From the NCBI GenBank assembly GCA_000388065.2, contig KB932208.1: a DNA stretch of 15,977 nt. One strand, given 5' to 3'. Below, piece by piece: positions 9,623-15,977 of this stretch. The DNA comes from Fonticula alba ATCC 38817 (lineage: Eukaryota; Protista; Nucleariida). A program made the translations under genes and the position numbers. The notes below the pieces were generated by a model that made no database searches, had not been told where the DNA came from, and was given only the letters and a program-made list of their open reading frames with translations. Each line of letters begins with the position of its first letter. Positions within the stretch are counted from its first letter, which is position 1.

Positions 9623-10816
9623 GGCGCACCCCCGCCGCGTCTTGATGGTGCCACTTACCAGGATCTCCTCCCCCGCCGACATCCAGCCCGTGGTGGCCTG
9701 CTCCCTCACCGGGGAGGCCTACTTCCTGCCGATTCTCCTGCAACTGACCCGGGAGTTCCCCCGGCTGAAGATCGTCCTGGAGCATGTTACCACGGCCGCC
9801 GCCGTGATGACCGTGGCCCGGTGCGGGCCGAATGTGGCGGCCACCATCACCGTCCATGTGCGTATTCCCCCCTCTCTGCCCCTCGGCCTGTGCATACGCC
9901 TGTGGCCCCTTTTTTTCGGAGTCTCCTCCCTGGCTCCTCCGCACACACGCACACCGCCCCCCCCCCCCCTCTCCCTCCCCTCTTGCCAATGGCACTGACG
10001 CTCCGCGCCGGGCGCCGTCTTCCTCCGCGCGTCCCCCGGGGGCCGGGGTGCTGCCCAGCACATCGACATGATCGCCGACGATTGGGCCGGGCGCGGGCAT
10101 CTCTTCTGCAAGCCGGTGGCCAAGACCGCGCGCGATCGGGCCGCCCTGCGCCAGGTCATCCGCATGGGTCACCCGCGGTTCTTCCTCGGCAGTGACTCGG
10201 CCCCGCACTCGCTGCCGGCCAAGCTGCCCCCGAATGGCGGCAGTGCCATCACCCTTGAGCAGGCGACCCGCGCGCCGGAGTCCCTCCCGAGTGGCCAGTC
10301 CCCGGTGGCCTGCTGCCCCGGGGTGTTCACCAGCCCCCTGTTGGTGGCGTACTTGGCCACGTCGCTGGAGCGCTTCGGTGCGCTGGATCGTCTGGCCGAC
10401 TTTGCTGGGCGCTTTGGCCGGGAGTTTTATGGCCTGGCGGCGGCCGCTCCGCCCGGCGGCGAGCCTGGCGTCCTTCGGATCTTCCGCCGGCCGCAGGTGG
10501 TCCCGGTACGTGTGCACCGACCGTGGGGGGGGGGGGGGGCTTCTCCGACATCAAGCGGGCCAGCCCTCTTCATCGCCATGCCGTGAGGCTGTCCCACGCC
10601 ATCGAGATTCTGACCCTCGCCGCGCATGCCGCGCACACTTGCACGCAGGAGCACTACGACCTGCCTGGCGGCCCGGTGGTCCCGTACTTGGCCGGCGTGA
10701 CGCTCCCCTTCTCGGTGGAGTGGGCCAACACCGCCGAGCCCACCGAGTGCCCTGTGCTTGCCGCCGGGGAAGCCCATCCCGATGCCCTGGATGAGGCCGG
10801 CGTGCCTTGGGTGTGA
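8789..10816 (+). CDS. URA4: Dihydroorotase, monofunctional class II (URA4/PyrC type), about 452 aa; exons 8789-9092, 9268-9536, 9687-9857, 10059-10505, 10649-10816
   Basis: Metal and substrate motifs DDLHVHLR, VMPNL, MTLY, IKLYPAGAT, IHGE, KIVLEHVTT, TITVH|HIDM..DDWAG..LFCKPVAK, FLGSDSAPH, GVF, FGREFYGL and VVPYLAG..LPFSVEW. ATG 8789 in cccaccATG context. Exon sum 1359 nt; stop TGA 10814-10816. The intron 2 acceptor (9686) is the least certain boundary. Confidence 0.94.
9584..9620 (+). repeat. C37 homopolymer in dihydroorotase intron 2
   Basis: Direct reading; the exact length is unreliable for such runs. Confidence 0.9.
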
Positions 10817-11144
10817 GCATCCCCCTGCAGGCTCGGAGTGTGGTGCTCCTCCCTCATGCTTTCCCACGTGCAGGCGGCGTTGCACACACAATAAGACATT
10901 CCCAAACCCACGGGCTCTCGACGGGCCGACACAGCCAAGGGCTGGGGCGCGGCGGACAGCAGGGGCGAAAAAGCGACCAGGGGGAGGGAGGAAGTGTCTA
11001 TAGGGGGGGGGGAGGCACCACCGGAGCTGTCACGCCGCATGCTGGGCGGAGCGCTCGACGGTGTACGCGAGGGAGGGGGGGGGAGCAAGGGAGTTGAAGG
11101 AAACAAGGACATGTGAAGAAGAGGGGAAACAGGGGGGGGGGGGC

Positions 11145-11168
11145 GAGAGAGAGAGAGAGAGAGAGAGA
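11145..11168 (+). repeat. (GA)12 microsatellite between the convergent URA4 and cyclin 3' ends, preceded by G12
   Basis: Direct reading. Confidence 0.9.
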
Positions 11169-11336
11169 AAGATGGAGGCTGCTCGCTTTCTCTCCCAGGA
11201 GAGTGTGGGGGAAGAAGGGCGGGGGCGGTACAAGGCGGCCGCGAGCCGGCGTGCGGCACGTGGGGACGCGGCCCGCCTCCCTGCCCCTCTCCCCGGCCCG
11301 TCTTTCCGCGCCACACATCGGGGCGCGTCTCGGGCA

Positions 11337-12031
11337 TCAGGTTTGCTGCGGGACGGCGGCGGCGGCCGCGGTGCCCGGCCGGCTGGCATAGAGCTCCGAC
11401 AAGTAGGGGAAGTCGTGGCAGAGGGTGGCGCGGTCCTCGGCAAAGAAGTGCGTCACGATCAGGCCCACCGAGCGGGAAATGAAGCCATTCTCCGGGGTGC
11501 AGTACTTCCGGTAGACGTAGGCCGTCGGGGTGAGGCGATGGGCCGGGGACTCGGGCTCGGCCGAGGCGGGGTTGGCCCCGGCGGCGCCCGGCGGCGGCGG
11601 CATGCGCAAGAAGGACATCATGATATCATGCAGCTCGACCAGGTGTGCAGGAGTGTAGCCGCCGCTGTGGAAGGTCAAGGCATCGGACCAGGCCGGGGAC
11701 TTGGACAGCAGGCGACGGGCAATCAGCGTGGCCGCCGCGGCCACCATGGCCGGCGGGAAGCAGAGGGCCCCGGAGATCAGGGGGGTCACCTCGATCAGGT
11801 ACTTGGCAATGGAGCGCGACTCGCCGTCATTGGCCTGGGCCTTGACCAGGCGGTCCAGGAAGAAAAGCGGCGAGGGGAAGTTCAACTTGAAGGACAAGGT
11901 GGAGAGGACAACGCGCTCGGCCTCGATGATCTCGTTGACCGAGTAACTGAGGGTGCATCGGATGGTGGAGAGGGAGAGGGGAGGTGAGTGTGGGTGTCGC
12001 GCGCGCGAAGCGAGGAGGCCACGGGGGGAGA

Positions 12032-12068
<37 letters not shown>

Positions 12069-13620
12069 GGAGGTGCATGTGGGACCAGGGGAAGCAGCAA
12101 GGGAAAGGACACAGCGGGAGGGGGGCGGGCGCAGGTGAAACCACCGGGGTACGCACTTGCGCGTGACCAACTCCACCCACTCGGCCAGGGGAATGTGCAG
12201 AGCCGACTCATGCTTGCTGGCCAGGATGAGGCTCACAGCGCCAATGAGCTGGAGCTTGGTCCGGGGCAGCGGCGGGCAGATGGACAGATAGCGGTCGAAG
12301 ATGTTGACCGCCTGATAGAGGGTCCCGGCGGGGAGCTGCTTCTTGTTGAAGACATCCATCATCCAGTCGATGACGATGAAGCGAAAGTGCCACCGGAGGT
12401 CCGGGTGCCGGACCATGTACCCGGGATCGGCGTAGTACTGATGCTGGATGCGGTGCATGTAGTTGACGATGTCGGCTTGGTAGTCGGCATCCAGAGCCGA
12501 GGGGTAGAGAGCGTCGATATCGGGCACCCCCTCAGGAAGCCGGTGCCCATGGAGGTGGTTGATTGGCTGGGCGGGCAGGCGGATGACATCCTGCAGGGAC
12601 AGGGCCAGGGGGGAGACCGAGGTGCTGCTGCTGCGACTGCGGCGGCAGGAGGGGTCATCGGAGGCGCCGTCGGGGGTGGAAGGGGCATCCGGGGTGGCGG
12701 GGCTTGCAGGCTGCCGGGTGGCAGCATGCTGCTGCTGCTCCTGCTGCTGCTGCTCCTGCTGCTGCTGCTGCTGCTCCTGCTTCTGCTGCTGGTGGTCAGC
12801 GAACTGCTCCTTGGCCGGATGATCGACATGCTCGGGGGGATAGGAAGTGCACGCCGCGCGGCCGGCCTCCTGGGGGGGGTGGTTGGGGGCGTGCTCGACA
12901 ACATGATCGGCGGCATGGCCGGGGGGGGCTTCGGCGTCAGAGGCAAGGCTGTGGGCGACGGTCGGAGAGCCGGACTGCTGGCGCTTCTGCTGGGGCGGCG
13001 AGGACACCGGCTCGGCCTCTTCGTCAAAAGCCTCGGAGCGCCGGCGCTTTTCGGGCGATGTCGATGCGGAGGAGGGCCGCTGGATGGAGAACTGGATGCG
13101 AGGCGGAAACATCGCGGAGGGAGAAAGATCGCGGGCGGGGGGAGGGGGGGGCGCATGTGAGAGGGAGGAAAACCGAAGGGACAGGGCAAAGCCGACACCA
13201 GCAACCGGGACACACAGGAGGGCGGCAGGTGAAAGGCACCGACCGCCGAGGATGCGTTGGACGCACAGGCGGGAGGGGCAGGGAGGCGGACTTGGACATG
13301 GTGGCGGTGCCCGCAGTGGCAGTGGAGGCGGCGGCGGCGGCGGCCATGGCGGCGGTGGTGGTGGTGGTGGCGGCGGCGGCGGCGGCGGCGACGGCCATGG
13401 TGGCGACCGGGTCATCAATCGAGATGTCGGCCTGCTGCTGAGCCAGAGGCGCGCGCGGGCCCTCCGGTCTGAGCGGCGGGCCATCCACGTTGGCTGCCAG
13501 TGGGACGCAGTCATTCTCCGATGAGGCCGATCGGAGGAGTGGCGCGCCGGCCGGCCCGGCGGGTTGCTTGTGAATGGCACCGGCCTCGGCGACCCCCGAC
13601 GGGGGGAGGGAAGAAAGCAC
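11337..13620 (-). CDS. A/B-type cyclin (divergent B-like), 5'-partial, at least 632 aa; exons (minus strand) 13620-13267, 13091-12157, 11946-11337
   Basis: Cyclin box HPDLRWHFRFIVIDWMMDV...TLYQAVNIFDRYLS...KLQLIGAVSLILASKHE. Removing the 210-nt intron 12156-11947 gives LVTRN|YSVNEIIEAERVVLSTLSFKLNFPSPLFFLDRLVKA, followed by a second cyclin fold (AKYLIE...PPAMVAAAA...W...L.FHSGGY...Y.KY). The N-terminal exon has an RxxL D-box-like motif (RAPL, 13455-13444), a poly-Ala/Thr tract and a polyQ region. No ATG precedes the RxxL in this exon; a CTGAC...CAG acceptor ends at 13621, so an upstream exon is inferred. Stop TGA 11339-11337. Confidence 0.88.
12034..12063 (-). repeat. (TC)15 on the sense strand of the last cyclin intron
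   Basis: Direct reading; (GA)15 on the + strand. Confidence 0.9.
12728..12792 (-). repeat. Interrupted (CAG)n trinucleotide tract encoding polyQ/E in the cyclin N-terminal region
   Basis: + strand (CTG)n interrupted by CTC/CTT; translates as QQQKQEQQQQQQEQQQQEQQQH. Confidence 0.9.
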
Positions 13621-15555
13621 CTGAGGAGGGCAAGTGGCGGCCAAGGGTGTCAGGAGGTGGGCCGGGCAGTGGAGGAAGGGGGAGGGAGGCAGATGCCTGG
13701 GGGAAAAAAAGGAAGGAGGGGCAGATGCACGCGCACAGGGANNNNNNNNNNNNNNNNNNNNNNNNNNNNNNNNNNNNNNNNNNNNNNNNNNNNNNNNNNN
13801 NNNNNNNNNNNNNNNNNNNNNNNNNNNNNNNNNNNNNNNNNNNNNNNNNNNNNNNNNNNNNNNNNNNNNNNNNNNNNNNNNNNNNNNNNNNNNNNNNNNN
13901 NNNNNNNNNNNNNNNNNNNNNNNNNNNNNNNNNNNNNNNNNNNNNNNNNNNNNNNNNNNNNNNNNNNNNNNNNNNNNNNNNNNNNNNNNNNNNNNNNNNN
14001 NNNNNNNNNNNNNNNNNNNNNNNNNNNNNNNNNNNNNNNNNNNNNNNNNNNNNNNNNNNNNNNNNNNNNNNNNNNNNNNNNNNNNNNNNNNNNNNNNNNN
14101 NNNNNNNNNNNNNNNNNNNNNNNNNNNNNNNNNNNNNNNNNNNNNNNNNNNNNNNNNGAGGGGGAGGAGGAGGGTAGAAAAGTGGGGAGAGGGATCAGGC
14201 GCGTTGCCACCGCGGATGCGGGCCCGCTTTCATTAAAAAAGAGAGTACGAGTGTCGACAGGAGGAGGGTGGGGGGGGGCCTGGTGGAAAATAGCCAGAGG
14301 CGACGGAGAGGCGTGAGTATGGCAGCGATCCGAGAGGCACGAAGGCGGCGCATGGGGGTCGGGGGGAGGCAGGGGGGAGCACAGGGGGAGCAGGGCAACT
14401 CCAACAAGAGCGGGACATCTGAGGCGGGGCGAAGTACCTCGGGGTGGGAGTCTCTCGGGGCGGCGGGGAGGCGGCGCAGGTGGCAGGAGCGGCGACGAGA
14501 GCGAGCGAGCGAGCGATGGGGGGGGCAGGAGTGGCGGGATGGGTGTGCCGATGGTGCGGGGCTTCGGGCCGGCCGGGGCCGGCCGAAATAGGGGACCCAT
14601 TGCCCAGGCGCGCCGGGGGGTGGCTGTCCCTCGGCCCGGGGCCTGCGCACACCTGCGCCCACACACACGCACGGCCGAGGCTAGACAAGGCCCCAGGCCA
14701 GGCCAGATCCACAACCACAGGGGGGGGGGCCGGGGGCAGAAGACAGGGGCGGCCCCGGGCCCGGGCCCGGGCGGGGGGCGCGGAGGGGGGGGAGGGTAAC
14801 TCTCTCGCCTCGACGGCGCCAGGCCGTCTCCCCCGGCGAATGGACAGCCGACAGGACGCGCAGATCTTGAATGCGTTTGCCCGGGTCAGCATCTGCGTCC
14901 CGAACGTGCGGGATGCCCGAGGAAGGGCGGCGCGCAGCCGGCCGGGGCACCGGGCCGACGGGGAACACCGGGCAGGCAATGCGCACCTCTGCCCGCGGAG
15001 GGGCGCATATGTGTATCGTGAGTGGGAGCTGCGCGAGCATTGCCGGGCGCGTGTGCGAGCCCATGTGTCTGTGGCAGCGGGTCTAAGCATCCCGAGGGCC
15101 GGTCTATCTAGTTCCCAGCCCCCGGTCCCGCGGTGCGAGATGCTGCCCGGCCCTTTTGCCCCCGGCAACGCGTGTGTACGCGACCCAGGAAAATGGGCCG
15201 CCATAGCGATCCGCGTTCGCCCGGGGGGGGGGGGGGGGAGATCGCGGGGGCTCTTGGGTCTGGGCGCCCGGCAGGCCCTGCTCCCTTGCGCGGCCAAGCG
15301 GGGGCGGGGTCCCCCCCCGCCCCCCCCGCCCTGCGGCTGTTGCCGGCATTCTCCCCGTCTCGGCCCCGCCGGCGGGCCTGGCGTCCGAACCGGCGGGCAT
15401 CGGGCGGGTCTCAAGCATGTGGGGCTTTTTGAAAGGGCCGGCTGTGGGCCAGTGCCAGCCGGGCGGCGGGATCTAGCGCACAGAACGCGGGGGGGGGGAG
15501 GGAGGAATGCCAGACACATCTGGCATCTTGGACGCGGCCTCGGGGGAGGGGTCCT

Positions 15556-15585
15556 CCGGCCCGGCCCGGCCCGGCCCGGCCCGGC
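15556..15585. repeat. (CCGGC)6 pentamer tandem repeat
   Basis: Direct reading. Confidence 0.9.
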
Positions 15586-15977
15586 GTACACGGGCCCAGA
15601 ATACCGTCCGTCCGCCTGGCCTCTGCCCCTCGTCTTCCCCCTGGGCCGAGGGAAATGACGACGGCCGCCGGCCGGTCGGGGCAGCGAGGCGGGCGCGGAG
15701 TCAGTTGGCCCCCTCTCCGGGTGCGTCGCCGCGCCTCTCGCCGCCCCTGAGCCTCCGACCTGGGCCGAAGGTCGGGCACTGAGGATGGTCAGGCGTGCAG
15801 CCGGGGATGCAGGGGGCGGCGCGGGCGCGTTGCGCCCGTGTACGGGCGACACCCCGAGCAGCGGACAAGGGGGGGGGGGGGAGGACGGGCCGGGCCCAAG
15901 GGACAGCAGGAAGGAGTCTGCGCCGCCTGGCGTGCCACCCCCCCCCCCCCCTCCCCCGCTCCCGGGCATGCGGGATC

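Noticed and set aside
9539-9661. Alternative URA4 intron 2 boundaries (donor 9539, acceptor 9661)
   Set aside because: It keeps frame but needs a poor GTGTCC donor. The 9537/9686 pair has a better donor (AG|GTGTGT) and is phase-compatible.
1279-13620. A functional gene cluster or novel system formed by the four genes
   Set aside because: Chaperone, peptidase, pyrimidine enzyme and cyclin share no pathway, and no shared regulatory repeat is visible. Ordinary eukaryotic gene neighbourhood.
14233-15969. 578-aa minus ORF and 404-aa plus ORF (14444-15658)
   Set aside because: Non-ATG starts, Pro/Gly/Arg/Ala low-complexity composition typical of GC-rich non-coding DNA, and frames passing through homopolymers; no domain signal.
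1-15977. CRISPR arrays, transposons, tRNA/rRNA genes
   Set aside because: All repeats are simple microsatellites or homopolymers without spacers. I saw no transposase or RT motifs, terminal repeats, cloverleafs or rRNA-like segments.

Overview
GC-rich, intron-containing eukaryotic genomic DNA from a draft assembly with five N gaps. It is not prokaryotic, so the ORF track fragments the genes and is dominated by spurious GC-rich or gap-spanning ORFs. By hand-splicing I reconstruct four genes whose exon sums are all multiples of 3 and whose family motifs rejoin across the junctions. (1) + strand Djp1/Caj1-like J-protein with J and DnaJ-X domains, 4 exons, 1279-3943, plus an extra UBA-like segment and a long acid-free N-terminal leader. 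(2) + strand Xaa-Pro aminopeptidase P1 (M24B), 5 exons, 5234-8011, with a mitochondrial-presequence-like leader. (3) + strand stand-alone class II (URA4/PyrC-type) dihydroorotase, 5 exons, 8789-10816. (4) - strand divergent A/B-type cyclin, at least 3 exons, 13620-11337, whose 5' end is probably missing. Introns are 88-299 nt, almost all begin GTGCGY, and carry C-runs and CA/CT microsatellites on the sense strand. Fungal-like URA4 and Djp1 motifs in such a GC-rich genome suggest a holomycotan or other opisthokont protist such as Fonticula; this is inference only. I found no RNA genes, mobile elements or CRISPR arrays, and no convincing new multi-gene system. The best leads are the J-protein domain architecture, the unusual splice-donor consensus, dual-start leaders on two adjacent genes, and motif substitutions in the dihydroorotase and cyclin.
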